A stretch of DNA of 64,000 nucleotides from Octopus vulgaris (GCA_951406725.2 OX597826.1:5394001-5458000), one strand, 5' to 3'. Numbered from the stretch's first letter, positions 13,146 through 26,900 are shown. The notes: generated from the sequence alone by a model not told the origin. Numbers and translations: made by a program.

Positions 13146-13584
13146 ATATATCTAATTCAAAGAGAGTTTGAGGTTTTGAAACCAACCAACTAAGGGATAG
13201 TATCTATCCAATATACTGCTGGGAGAATACCCAATTATTAGTACACGTGCTGGAAATAGCGTGGCAATAACACTAATGAGTGTAATAAATGGGCGAGTGT
13301 AAAAAGTGGTTTTACCCTTAATTTATACAACAAGAAGGAAATGGAGGGAATCACGTGGTAGTACGCATAAACTGTTAGACATTGGAGATATTTATTTCTC
13401 GCCTTTGTATATTAATGTTGTTCCAAATTATCTTAGCAAATTCTGGGCAGCTATGGTTTATTGGGGAAACAGATTTTTGAACTCATGCATGTACGAATCA
13501 TTTCAGTGCTAGGACAAATTTAGGATGCTTATAAATAGCAGGACGTATTATAAGATCTTTCTTTTAAAAAATATATAAATAAAA

Positions 13585-13696
13585 ATAACAATAAAAATAA
13601 TAATAATAATAACAACAACATCAGCAACAACAACAACAATGATAATAATGATAATATTAATAATAATAATAATAATAATAATAATTAAAACAGCAA

Positions 13697-13787
<91 letters not shown>

Positions 13788-13790
13788 TAC
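13585..13790. repeat. (AAT)n/(AAC)n microsatellite
   Basis: Visible repeat. Confidence 0.95.
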
Positions 13791-14254
13791 ATGTAGAATT
13801 ATCTGAAAATTGTATTTAATAAACTTTTAATTAATTTTTCATCCCTTTTGATTTCCAATAAATATAATCAGAAATATCATGCAAATATAATTCTCTAGTT
13901 ACTTAGATTTGCATACATTTTAATTATTATAATGGACTCTAATTAAATGGTTCAGATATCTGAACTAAACAGTTATATTATTTTATTTCTATCATCTGTT
14001 TAAATAATGTTGATACGACAACTATAATTAGTAGTCATTTCAATATTATTTTAACAAAATAACAACATTCCACCTCCAATATAATCGCACGCATACACTG
14101 ACACACAAACAATAAATAGCGCACGCACACACACACACAGACACGCATATCTTTTATATATTTTACTTCCTTCAGTTATTGGAGTGCGGCCAAACTGGGG
14201 CACAATCTTGAAAGATTTTAGTCGCATGAATCGGTCCAACAAATATTTGAAATC

Positions 14255-14480
14255 CTATTGTATCATTCTTTTTGCCGAACTGCTAAGTTACAGGTATGTA
14301 AATGCACCAAAACAAGTTGTCAAACATTGGTGGGGGACAAACATAAACACACTGACACACACACACACTGACACACACACAGGCACACACTGACACATAC
14401 ATATATGCGACTGGCTTCTTCTAGTTTCCCTCTACCAAACCCCTTCACAAAACGCTGGTATGCTCAAGGTTATCTGTTGA
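14255..14480 (-). mobile_element. Partial SINE family 2 copy
   Basis: TTTTTGCCGAACTGCTAAGTTAC...GGGGGACAAAC(AC)n...CTACCAAA. Confidence 0.7.
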
Positions 14481-14726
14481 AAATCATGTGTACATCACAC
14501 GTGTATTCTATATTAATAACAATATCTTGAGAGTAGGCGTAAAACTACTAAATAGATACTTTATGTCGTACAGCAGTTTTATTATAACCAGGCGTGGTAG
14601 CACTAAACTACTTGAAATTAGCGGAAAAAACCACTTATCATATCAGAAGAAATTCATGCATGGCTGCATTTCCCGCAAACTAGAGGAAACTTATATTATT
14701 GACAAGAACATCCTACATTTTCCTTC

Positions 14727-14899
14727 AGTGATTGTGTGGTAAGTAGATTGCTTACCAACTTCATGTTTCCGGGTTCAGTCCCACTGCGTAGCACTTTGCA
14801 CAAGTGTCTTCTACTATAGCCTCACGCCGACCAAAGCCTTGTGAGCGGATTTGGTGGACGGAAACTGAAAGAAGCCCGTCAAATATATGTTTATATATG

Positions 14900-14936
<37 letters not shown>

Positions 14937-15319
14937 TAATTTCTTTACTCTTTTCCTTGCTTTAGTCATTTGACTGCGGCCATGCTGGAGCAACGACTTT
15001 AGTCGAGCAAATCGACCGCAGGACTTACTCTTTGTAAGCCTGGTACTTTTTCTATCGGTCTATTTTGCCGAACCGCTAAGTTACGGGGACGTAAGCATAC
15101 CGCCAACGTTTGTCAACCGATGTTTGGGGCGTGGGGACACAAACACCTAAGCACATACACACACTCACATATATACATATATACGACAGGTTTCTTTCAG
15201 TTTCCATCTACCAAATCCATTCACAAGGATTTAGTGGGCCCAAGATGCCTCGCAGCGGGAATGAACCCGGTACCATGTGGTTGGTAAGCAAGCTACTTAC
15301 CACACAGCCACTTCTGCAC

Positions 15320-15358
<39 letters not shown>

Positions 15359-15560
15359 TTGCGTGTATGTGCTTATCTTCCATCATCGCTTGAGAACCGC
15401 TGTTCGTATGTTTACGTCCCCGTAACTTAGCGGTTCGGCAAAGAGACACCGATAGAATGAGTACTAGGCTTACATAGAATACGTCCTGGTGCGTATTTGT
15501 TCGATCAAAGGCGATGCTTCGTCATAGCCACTGTCAAATGACTGAAACAAATAAAAATAG
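14727..15560 (+). mobile_element. SINE family 2 copy split at its internal microsatellite by a nested antisense copy
   Basis: Head 14727-14880 (+) and tail about 15375-15560 (+). Confidence 0.8.
14943..15319 (-). mobile_element. SINE family 2 copy nested within another copy
   Basis: Reverse complement of the 7776-8178 family, running from the tail to the CACACAGCCAC head. Confidence 0.85.
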
Positions 15561-16005
15561 AAAAAAAAAACCACCTCTCGCATTGAAGGAAAAATCTCCA
15601 CTATTATAAAGGAACTATTACCAAGGAACAATAAAAAGAGAAGGAAACACACAATTATAAATTTTCTATCACAAATTCCGATAGAAAATATCAATTGTGT
15701 CAATTGCAAGATATCAAGAATGCCAGAATTTAATCGAAATTATTTGCAGGTTACTACGTTTCTATCACACATCACATTGGTTCTAAAATAATTTTCAAAC
15801 AGTATTGTCATGTTGTTCAAAGCAAAGACACACACGAAGCAGAATTTATTCAAATATTTAAAAATATAGAATTATAACGCGGCAGTAAACCAAAAGCAAC
15901 ACTCCGATTCTACTGTCTTGTAGGCATGAAGATATTACCTTACTTTATGGAAAATAAACCAGTCTGTTAACTGAATTGAAACCTTAAGTTCTTGTTTGCA
16001 GATTA

Positions 16006-16227
16006 TACGAGGATGTGCTCAAAAGATCCCGACGAAACATATCACGAAAAGCCTTATTGGAGGCCCAACATTACGATTTCTCTTTTACAGGTCTTAGAAA
16101 AACTGAAGGACCGCTGCAATAAGTGTGCGACTCTGAGAAGGGAATATGTTGAATAAAATCATAATTAGCTCATCCTCCTATAAGTCGCTTTGCTCAAAGC
16201 CAGGAAATTTTTCAGCACAACCTCATA
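16006..16227 (+). mobile_element. Mariner-derived MITE
   Basis: TIRs TACGAGGATGTGCTCAAAA / TTTTCAGCACAACCTCATA with TA ends. Internal mariner C-terminus-like LEKLKDRCNKCATLRREYVE*. Confidence 0.8.
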
Positions 16228-16678
16228 TATTTTCATTTGCCCATTTTATCATAGAAACACTGCACGGAGTGGGTGGCTTATCAATCACATCAAGGGCACC
16301 GTTCGTTGGGACTTATTTCATCGACCCCGGAAGCATAGAACGTGGAATTATGCTACGTCATAACAGAATCGCATAAAAACGCTCTGGAATCCCGGGCCTT
16401 TTGGAAGTGAGAATAAAGCAAAGCTAATTGAATCCATCGCGGTAAATATTCTCCATTTGATTTTTCTGGACTGAATAAAAAAAAATCACTATCAAAGATA
16501 TCCGTAAAGCACACATACATAAACAGTAACGAAAGAGGCGAACATCTGCATTAAACGGGATATATATAAGCCCATATCCACAATTGCCTTGCACCTATTT
16601 ATATGCATACATCGCTTCACTCATATATTTGTTTCGTTAGTGGCCAGCTTTAATTCTGCGAAAAGATATCAAAAGACA

Positions 16679-16714
<36 letters not shown>

Positions 16715-16774
16715 ATGTTATATAGTATACATATGTACGTGTATAAGCCTATACACATAACCCTCTACACACAC

Positions 16775-16810
<36 letters not shown>

Positions 16811-17088
16811 TTAATAAGGGTGAGAGAATTAGATACTAATTTAATAGTATATTTATTCCACACCAAGTGGCCTAGTGCTCCGAGAAACCTGGATTATTAT
16901 AATATTTTATAACATATTATAATATTTTTACAAAATAAATATAAGAGAGTGGTCACTATATTGCTCACTCTAGCACCAGTTAATCCAAAAGGTTTCAACC
17001 ACGAAAATACATGTTTCCCATGAAAGTCAGTACGATTGTTAGCTCACACGGACAGGGCAAATAAAAAATAACAAAAATACAGATTATT

Positions 17089-17165
17089 TTGGGACAATTG
17101 TTTCGCTATTAATGAATTAAATGTAATTTTACTTACAAAAAATCCATTTGTAGCTCGTCAGCCAA
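17089..17165 (-). ncRNA. Type I hammerhead ribozyme, intact consensus core
   Basis: Minus strand reads TTGG CTGACGA GCTA...TAGC GAAA CAATTG TC CCAA. Palindromic stem III, GUC cleavage triplet. Confidence 0.85.
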
Positions 17166-17734
17166 GACTATCTGGATGAAATCCACTCAATCACACGCCA
17201 GATTTTACCATAACGATAAATACGCGTGTGGTTCAATTGATTACATCCGACGTTATAATTCAAATGCCCCAACCAACAGCGCGCCAAACTTTCACGGAAA
17301 ACAAATACAGCATTTAGAAATAAATGCAGCATAATTATAATTAATTAATAAGGGTGAGAGAATTAGATACTAATTTAATAGTATATTTATTCCACACCAA
17401 GTGGCCTAGTGCTCCGAGAAACCTGGATTATTATAATATTTTATAACATATTATAATATTTTTACAAAATAAATATAAGAGAGTGGTCACTATATTGCTC
17501 ACTCTAGCACCAGTTAATCCAAAAGGTTTCAACCACGAAAATACATGTTTCCCATGAAAGTCAGTACGATTGTTAGCTCACACGGACAGGGCAAATAAAA
17601 AATAACAAAAATAACAAAAAATGTTGGTTGGGGCATTTGAATTATAACGTCGGATGTAATCAATTGAACCACACGCGTATTTATCGTTATGGTAAAATCT
17701 GGCGTGTGATTGAGTGGATTTCATCCAGATAGTC

Positions 17735-17811
17735 TTGGCTGACGAGCTACAAATGGATTTTTTGTAAGTAAAATTACATTTAATTCATTAATAGCGAAAC
17801 AATTGTCCCAA
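17735..17811 (+). ncRNA. Type I hammerhead ribozyme, intact core (inverted copy)
   Basis: TTGG 17735-38, CTGACGA 17739-45, GCTA/TAGC, GAAA 17796-99, CAATTG, TC 17806-07, CCAA. Confidence 0.85.
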
Positions 17812-17961
17812 AATAATCTGTATTTTTGTTATTTTTTATTTGCCCTGTCCGTGTGAGCTAACAATCGTACTGACTTTCATGGGAAACATGTATTTTCGTG
17901 GTTGAAACCTTTTGGATTAACTGGTGCTTGAGTGAGCAATATAGTGACCACTCTCTTATAT

Positions 17962-18022
<61 letters not shown>

Positions 18023-18028
<6 letters not shown>

Positions 18029-18230
18029 TAATCCAAACATGAAAACACAAAGGGGAAACACAACGCGAGGATGTGGAACAAATATAGTATTATTGGACGC
18101 TCATGAAGGAAAGGAAGAAGGAGGGTTTAACGTTTCGAGCTGAGATCTTCGTCAGAAACATAGGAAAAGGAAAGATCCAGAGAAGGGAAGACGGAGGAAA
18201 AAAAATCGCCAACGGTACACACGCGGTCAC
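18023..18230 (-). mobile_element. (TA)n-adjacent repeat with minimal hammerhead motif (same family as 25213-25440)
   Basis: Colinear similarity with 25213-25422. Both copies start immediately after a (TA)n run. Confidence 0.75.
18125..18159 (-). ncRNA. Minimal hammerhead motif (Penelope-type GAAACGUU)
   Basis: Minus strand reads GTTT CTGACGA A GATC TCA GCTC GAAA CG TT AAAC. Stem I is GTTT/AAAC. Stem II has one mismatch. Confidence 0.6.
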
Positions 18231-18241
18231 ACACACACACG

Positions 18242-18276
<35 letters not shown>

Positions 18277-18469
18277 GTATATACACACGTATGTGCATGC
18301 ATAAATACGTACGCATAAGGCTACTCTATAATCTATGATAACAACTGTTTCTACTTGAGAATGTTCTTAATCATTCAGTGGTGGGACAACCCAGATAAAT
18401 TAGCAAATGAAACATGCAAACATTCGTGCATACATACTTGCACATGCTTACATACACACAAGATGGTAG

Positions 18470-18776
18470 TCATGCCATTGACCGGATTACTGGTTGTTGT
18501 TATACATCGATTGCCACAATGTGCTTCGCACGGTTTTATTCTGCGAATGATGTCACTCTGCTGGGTAAGCGAGCAAGTGAACCCCCCCACCTTGATCAGA
18601 ACAATATTCCGTCACAGGGTTACCCCCTCACAGCTGAGTGGATTGTAGCGGCGTGAACTAAAGTGCTTTGCATATAAGAACACAACGCGTCGCTCCGTCC
18701 AGGAATCGAACTCACGATGAAGCAATTGCGACTGCAGCACCCTAACCACTAGACCACGCGCCGTCATGTATACAGA
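18470..18776 (-). mobile_element. tRNA-derived SINE (head type B, tail type 3)
   Basis: Minus strand GGCGCGTGGTCTAGTGGTTAGGG...GAGTTCGATTCC, then GCGTTGTGTTCTT..GCAAAGCACTTT..CACTCAGCTG as in the 10708 copy, followed by a different tail. Confidence 0.8.
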
Positions 18777-18782
18777 CATGCT

Positions 18783-18854
18783 TACGGTGGAGTACTGAAA
18801 AGTTCCTCTATTTTCATTTACCCAAAGCCAGGAACTTTTCAACATCCCCTCATA
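18783..18854. mobile_element. Minimal 72-bp two-ended mariner-type MITE
   Basis: TACGGTGGAGTACTGAAAAGTTCCT ... AGGAACTTTTCAACATCCCCTCATA. The right end CAAAGCCAGGAA..TTTTCA matches that of the 16006-16227 MITE. Confidence 0.65.
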
Positions 18855-19589
18855 TACACTCATGCATACATACATACATACATACATACATACATACATA
18901 CATACATACATACATACATGCATGCATGCATGCATAGGCACATGCGTGCGCACATCCATCTAACTATACGTGAATTGATAACAATTCAACTTTCCATACA
19001 ATAATATATTATTATTTTATGCTAACTTCAGATACAGATAGAAAGATAATGGCAGATGACAATAAATCAATGAAAAATATCTTATTTATTAGCAGACAAC
19101 ACCAGAAACATATCGGTGACAGCATATTTCCTCCACCGTAACAAAATCACATCGTAGTACAGAGAAGAAACGAAACTTCATGAGATTCAGTGACAGATCT
19201 TCCTTAGTATTTATTTAAAAAGGTTACAAGTCTCAGCCTAGAATCGATCTCAAACATTAAACGTCTTAAAATAAAGACGAGATATGTTGACTCAGGTAAT
19301 TCTACCTTGCATTTTTCTGGCCACCTAAATAAGATTGGAATATCAAGGTTGTGTTAGTTCTGACTATTATTTTTACGATATATTCTAAAACGCAGATAAG
19401 AACGGCAATAGCCGCAAAAAGAGGTGCCGGTTTGAAATCGTGGCCAATAAATTAAACACTAATACGCTTTTCAGTCAGATTTCTCATAACTCAGGTATTT
19501 AGTCGTACAAGAACACACACAAAAGCATATACAGACAGGCATAAATGACTGCCTGTCTGTCTATGTATCTATCTATGTATCTATCTATG

Positions 19590-19654
<65 letters not shown>

Positions 19655-19669
19655 CTATATATATCAATC

Positions 19670-19842
19670 TTATTTCTTCATTGCCCACAAGGGGCTAAAG
19701 TAGACAGATTAAGTCGATTAGATCGACCCCAGAGAGTAACTGGTACTTAATTTATCGATATGATGAAAGGCAAAGTCGAAATTTGAACTCAGAACGTAGC
19801 GGCAGACGAAATACCGCTCATCATTTGGCCCGGCTTGCTAAA
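19670..19842 (-). mobile_element. Partial SINE family 3 copy inside (TATC)n
   Basis: GCCCACAAGGGGCTAAA...GATGAAAGGCAAAGTCG..TTTGAACTCAGAACGTA. Confidence 0.8.
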
Positions 19843-19876
19843 GTTTCTATCTATCTATATATCTATCTATCTATCA

Positions 19877-19978
<102 letters not shown>

Positions 19979-20334
19979 TTATCTATCTACATATTTATTT
20001 ATCTATCTATCTATCCATCTATCTATCTATTTTGTATACGATAAATGTATGCATATATATATATATATGTGTGTGTGTGTACGTGTGTATGTGTGTGTGT
20101 ATGAGCGCGCGTGTGTGCGTGTATGTATGTATGCATGTATATATGCATGTATATATGACAATTACAAAGCACCAATCAATAAAGATAATGAAGTAGTGAA
20201 TAAATCAGTATAATTCGGCTGTCACCTTCTAATGCAGACAATACTCCTCCCACTGACACCCATATATTTCTAAGACAACAACAAGAACAGCAACAACAAC
20301 AACATAATGTCTTAATCATTCACTGTACAAACAT

Positions 20335-20365
20335 ACATATATACACTCACACATTCACATACACT

Positions 20366-20424
<59 letters not shown>

Positions 20425-20482
20425 GTATATGCACACATACACATATATATATACAGATATATATATATAAGTATATACTGAC

Positions 20483-20548
<66 letters not shown>

Positions 20549-20720
20549 GTATAGATATACACACACACATATATATATATATATATACACCTACATATAT
20601 ATATGTACATATACATATATATATACATACACGCACACACATATATATATATGTATATATATGTATGCATGTATATAGATATCTATGTATATATGTATGT
20701 ATGTATGTGTGTATGTGAGA
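20335..20720. repeat. Compound (TA)n/(CA)n/(TATG)n microsatellite
   Basis: Visible repeat. Similar blocks at 143-420, 6180-6700, 21340-21710, 28410-28760, 41740-42085, 50610-50850 and 61100-61750. Confidence 0.95.
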
Positions 20721-21401
20721 GAGTGTCTGAATGAGTCAACACCAAGAGGAGACTATACGACCTTGTAGTATCGATCAAGAAGACAAAGAACACCGTCAAG
20801 AATAAAAAAATCAATACGAGTCATTAATCTCCAGTGCAAGCTTCACGCATTCTCTATTAATGCAACACTATCGCCTTATCTCTCTTACCATCTCTACGTC
20901 TATGACAAGCTCTCGCTTTCACTCAGTTACTTAATATCTTGCTCACACATACAGTTAATCTCTCTCATTCATACTCTCTCATTATCTATCTCTGTCTCTC
21001 TCTCTATCTGTCTCACACTATCTTTCTCTGTCTCTCTCTCTCTCTGTCTCTCCACTCTGTGTTTCTCTCAATAGCGCTTTCTCTCCTTCTCTCTTGCTCT
21101 CTGTGATCTAAGTATTTTAGTTGCTTACAGTCTGTATCCTGTTACTATCATCAGAAAAGATCGTCTTCGTGATCATCATCATCGTCATCATCATCATCAT
21201 CATCGTCGTCGTCGTCGTCGCAGCTGTCGTCGTCGTCGTCATCGTCATCATCCATATTACTGCGTCCATCTTACATCAAAGTATAATACGACCACAACTA
21301 ACCAAGTCGCCACAGAAGAAACATTAACAAACTTCCTTGTTCATACATACACATGCACGCACACACGCACACACAAATACGTATACAGATACTTATATAT
21401 A

Positions 21402-21499
<98 letters not shown>

Positions 21500-21542
21500 T
21501 ACATATATATGTATATATATATATATATATATATACATATAC

Positions 21543-21623
<81 letters not shown>

Positions 21624-21759
21624 TACATATATATAAATATAGATATGTGTATATGTATATATATATACATACATAATGATGTGTATATACATATATGTAC
21701 ATATATAATTTTTGCCTACTTCTTCATAGAAGGCCAGCTCTTCAATTAGTAACTGCCAT

Positions 21760-24270
21760 CATGAAATCTCATATGACTAGCGAGTTCGTCTCAGGACAAA
21801 CACATCCTACTGCAGATGTTACAAACACTTTCAGGCAATAATATGTCACTGATTGAAGTCAAGTCCTGTTTACGAAATCCTCGTTTCATGTTGCAACGTT
21901 TGATTCTCCCAGTTTCAAATGATTTATAACAATGCTAGATCAATGCTTTGGAAACTGATTGATTCTCTGTATTCTGCTCCTAATTCTCAATATCCACACT
22001 AAGGGCCATGAGGTTGTTTTTGATGACATCACCAAAACTATTCTTACATCTACATCTGACGTTTACTACGTTGCAACTTTCCGAAATGATAAAAAAAATC
22101 ATAGGTAACCCTCTCATCCTCCATTAGAGTAATATGCCCAGTCCAGCGTATTTGATTGCGTATGAGAAACATCTCAATTTGTTATGTCATCAGTTGCTTA
22201 AGCTCCCCATAATGCAAGCTCGGTGGAATATTTCCAGAGTCTAGAAAGCGAGGTTGCTATGAAGTCCATGTCACAGTAGAGTGTAAATTGGCAGTTAAAA
22301 CACAGGATTGACTGATAATGAGGTTTTGATAGTGATATACCTGTCAGATGACAAACGATTTATTTCAAATGATACCTAAGGCCTTTCAGGATTTTTCGAT
22401 TCTCAGATTTATTTCATAATCATATGATTCATCTCCGGAGAGAGTGCTGCGAAGGTAGACAAAAGAGTCGACCGCATCCAAAATTGTAGCCAGACAAACA
22501 GGTTGGGATTGATGTAGGGCTAGCCTGGAGGTCGAAAAGCAGTGCATACTCAGGAGATGAGATGATTTCCTGCCTGCATGTCTTCTTCAGTGTGAGTGAA
22601 TGAGATACACATCGTGAGCATAAAGTCATTCATAAAAAAAACGGGTCAGGAAATCTTTGATTTTTACATTTATCGAAAGCTTAACCGTGTTTCTGAAGCG
22701 AACGTAGACGTTGATGCTGCAATCCCAGAATGCGCACGAAACAGTTACGGCAAAATATATGGCAGAACTTGTTGGAACAGGAATATCACCTTGTTTGGTC
22801 GCGTATTCAATGGACATTGATTCCAAGACTAAACTGTCGAAGTAAAACGAGATTCCATCACACGATGGAGTTGGTGAAGGAAATTGGCAAACTGAGGTGA
22901 ACCACGAACTTTACTCGAGAATAGGCTTTCGTTAAATTGGCAAAGACCTGGCAAAGAGCTACGCCATGTTCTATAAATCTCTCCCGGCGTAGACAAACAG
23001 GAAAATGTATCAAGCCCATTTTATCAAGACTTGATTTAAAATTACATGCACTTGTCGGGATAACAGGGGCAATATACATATTGTTGGGCGATTAAGTTTT
23101 GAAAAAGCTTACAAACCGTCACATGGAGTATTATTCTTCTGTAATTTATAGATCGGGATTTAAATCCCTTGTCTTTGAAGAGTGAAATTAAAACAGCATC
23201 AACCTAGTCCTGAGACGGAGACATATTTTACCAGACATCTGATATCAGATGGTGGGTCTTTACAGCAATTCTATCACCCCCATGGAGGGGAACGTCAATG
23301 GATGTAAAGTCAAAATATGGTACCTTTCTAGTATCAATTGTTTTAGTCATTTTCTTTTCCTTCTATCACATTACTACTGCAATGGTCCCTCATCTCACGA
23401 ATAATATCATTTTTAAACAGATTATTATGTCTCAATAACTGAGACATAAGGAAAAGTACCTGTGAATTGCTCAATCTAATAAACTTTAATATCTTTGGGA
23501 TCCTTAAACAGAAAGGAATTATCCCTAGATTTGAATGGTAATTCAGATGAAGATTAAGGACCAAATATGGTTAAGTAATATAGAGTTTTAAAATTCTTAT
23601 TGTTTTAAATGTTCTGAATATTTTCGGAAATGTCTGATTATCGTTGATTTCTTTTTCTTTTTATTTTGCACTGAAGTTATGGTTTTACTCCTCAGAGACT
23701 GCAGTAACGAATTTTTATCTTTATCTGGTGCAGTCACATATCTTTGGTGCAGGATATTTTTATCTTCGAGAAACTTGGAAATAGGTGACTCATTTTCATT
23801 CAACCACTTCCGGTGTTTTCTATTTCTAAGACCAAGAAACACAACTTTGACTCTTCAGAACATGAATTTAAACTGATCCCAAATTCCGCCAAATAATTAT
23901 TCAATAACTTTTCGAAGATTCTCGTGCACATTGGATTCATTTAATGTCAACACGTCAGTAAGTTTAGGGACCTTTAATTCCCACCAAATGATTTAACGCA
24001 TGATGTGGGCTTTTAATTTAAAACATATGTGTTTAAGATCCATCCTATAATCCGAGGGCCGTACGATTCGGACAGTGCAGACAAACCAATGGTCTAGTTT
24101 CTTAGTAATAACGTAAACGAGAATATTACCATGTTTGAATCTTCGTTATATCCAAGTTAATTTGCAAACATCGTTCTAGTAAAAAACGGTGCTGCAAATG
24201 GAGAATTTGAATTCAGTGCAAAGCTGAAGAAGGGTAAGATCATCACTGTTTATCTTAATTAAATCATGAT
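21760..24270 (-). mobile_element. Decayed RTE (BovB-like) LINE, endonuclease-RT ORF
   Basis: Minus-strand remnants in order: KHRKWLNENESPI, LISLFKDKG..NYRRIT, LCQVFANLTKAYSRV (VDLTKAFDTV-like), QGDIPVPT..VYVRFR, AVDSFVYLRSTLS..EINLRIEKS, and C-terminal CNICSRMCLS*DELASHMRFH. Many stops and frameshifts. Confidence 0.85.
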
Positions 24271-25076
24271 TCTCTAGTGCACCCCAGATTCCGTGATCAG
24301 TGTTGCCGCTTTCGACGCCGACAAGCCGAGTGAGGAAACAGGTAGTACTAGTTTATATGATAATAGTATCACACGAGAGCACCCTAACAGTGACACGCAT
24401 AAATAAACACACAAACGTGTGTGTGCGTGTACGTGCGTACGTATGTGTGTATGATGTGTATTTCTGTGCATATGTGTGAGTGTGTGTGTTGTGCATATGC
24501 ATGAGTGTGTGTGTGTGCATTTACAAACACATATATTGTGCATGTATACATTTACAAACACATATATTGCGCTCATCAGAAAGCAGAGCATCATATTCAA
24601 CTTCTTTTGTTAAGGTTAGACGTTGTCGACGTCTTCTTCAGCATCATTATTATCACAATCATCATCATCTAGAGCAATATCTGAAAATAAGCGAAAAATG
24701 CATGATTCGTCATATTCTTTTGTATTATGTTTGTCTTAGCTCTGATAAAGATTTCAGCATTCGCAGGTAAGACTTCTTGTAGAAACTTGCTAATCTTCTT
24801 TTACATTGCAAACAAATTCATATTCCCATTATCTGGCTTCATTCTGGATGTTCCCGGAATTTTATTGTTTCGGGATATGAAGGTGTCACATATTGCTTGA
24901 ATATTTCAGTAGATAACGGCAGTCCGTTGTTTCTTATGAGCAAGTAGTAGATTCTGTAGATGCTGGTTTATTAGATTTTGATGGTGTTGTTGAGACTGCA
25001 GCAGCTCCCGTCTGTGCTGTTGCATCATTTGGCCTATTTATATATATATATACTCAACATATATATGTGTGTGTGT

Positions 25077-25146
<70 letters not shown>

Positions 25147-25159
25147 GTATATATATACA

Positions 25160-25212
<53 letters not shown>

Positions 25213-25215
<3 letters not shown>

Positions 25216-25440
25216 CTAATCTAAACATGAACAAAGAGAAAACACAGCATTGCGAGGACGTGGAACAAAAATAGTGTTATTGGATGCTGAGGAAAGGAAA
25301 CGAAAGAAGGAGGATTTAACGTTTCGAGCGGAGAGATCTTCGTCACAAACATAGAAAAGGGAAAGGTCCAAGAAAGGGGAGACGGAGAAAGAAAATCGAC
25401 AACGATAAACAGGCGGTCACATATTGAATGACCGGAAGAG
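25213..25440 (-). mobile_element. (TA)n-adjacent repeat with mutated hammerhead motif (GTGACGA, 25314-25350)
   Basis: Homologous to 18023-18230. Minus strand reads GTTT GTGACGA AGATCTCTCCGCTC GAAACGTT AAAT. Confidence 0.7.
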
Positions 25441-25442
25441 AA

Positions 25443-25524
<82 letters not shown>

Positions 25525-25555
25525 CCTATCTATCTATCCATCCATCCATCCATCC

Positions 25556-25622
<67 letters not shown>

Positions 25623-25644
25623 CATCCATCCATCCATCCATCTA

Positions 25645-25712
<68 letters not shown>

Positions 25713-26524
25713 ATAGTAACAGAAGCAGTATCAATATCAGGAGGTCATAGGCATACCTATTTAAATGCGGGCGTTGTGTTAGAACACAAAATACTGTGGG
25801 TTTTCTTTACCATGAGAGGTACTTTCAAATGGATTTCTGATGTGTATAAGTACTCATGTTTATATCGCTAACAGGTGATAACCATCGTCTATCCCCGTGG
25901 AGAACGCCAGATCACGTGATTTTGATTTGCCTTGATCAATGCACCACAAATCCGCACGGGAGTTTCTCTCATGTTAAATAACGTAGTATGCTGCCCGCTT
26001 TTTAGAGAGGAGCAAAACAATGGCCACCCCATTATGCATCATATAAACGGGTATTATGAAAGAAATTTCTGCGATACCCACGGGGTGAGAACATTGTTTA
26101 ATGTTTGTACTCATTGTTATCAATGATTGCTGTCGTCCTTCATAATCTCTCATTCGTTAGATATTGTGCTACAAGCAAAAGTTTATGTGGATTTACGTTG
26201 AATGCTGTAACCACAACATAAGTTCGATTGATGCATCTGGAAACAGTAACCCTGACTTGGATGCTGCTTATTTCCTTGGCTAGAAGAGTCATCCTTCAAG
26301 GACACATTGTCACTCGTATTGCTTTGATAGAGAGTCTTTATCTCCTGAGTTAGTTGGGCGCCTTTTTTCTTGCTAAGACAATATCTTTTAGTATCTACAT
26401 CGATATTATTGCAGTTATTGATATAATGCTGTTGGTGTTTCTGTAAAAGTTATAAGTGATGTAATTGTTATTGTTACGAAGTATGATTGCCATCAGCTCC
26501 TAACTTTATTGTCTATGTAGCGCA

Positions 26525-26622
26525 ACATCAGCAACAGCAGCAGCAGCAACATTAGTAGCAACAGTGGTGGTAGAAGTATCATCTAAAGTAGTAGTTGCAT
26601 TAGTAGTAGTAGTAGTAGTAAT

Positions 26623-26657
<35 letters not shown>

Positions 26658-26775
26658 TATTTCTCGCATCGTTGTATCTTCGCTGCGCCATCGCTGCCGT
26701 GTCGTCATCGTCTCATCAGTAGTATTAGTAGTAGTAGTAGTAGTCGTAGTAGTAGCAGTAGTAGTAGTAGTTGTT

Positions 26776-26872
<97 letters not shown>

Positions 26873-26900
26873 CAGCAGCAGCAGTAGTAGTATTAGTATT

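Larger units (their letters stand above)
16802..17968 (-). mobile_element. Young hammerhead-bearing element: 534-bp unit, partial tandem copy and inverted copy, between (TA)n tracts
   Basis: 16802-17079 is repeated at 17336-17613 (period 534). 17622-17968 is the reverse complement of 16932-17278, with about 1 mismatch seen. Confidence 0.85.

Noticed and set aside
24780-25035. Gln-rich minus-strand stretch QMMQQHRRELLQSQQHHQNL as Gypsy Gag, and a CAG|GTAAGA donor at 24767
   Set aside because: Interrupted by stops with no LTR or PBS seen, and the donor has no convincing acceptor or frame. Too weak to call.
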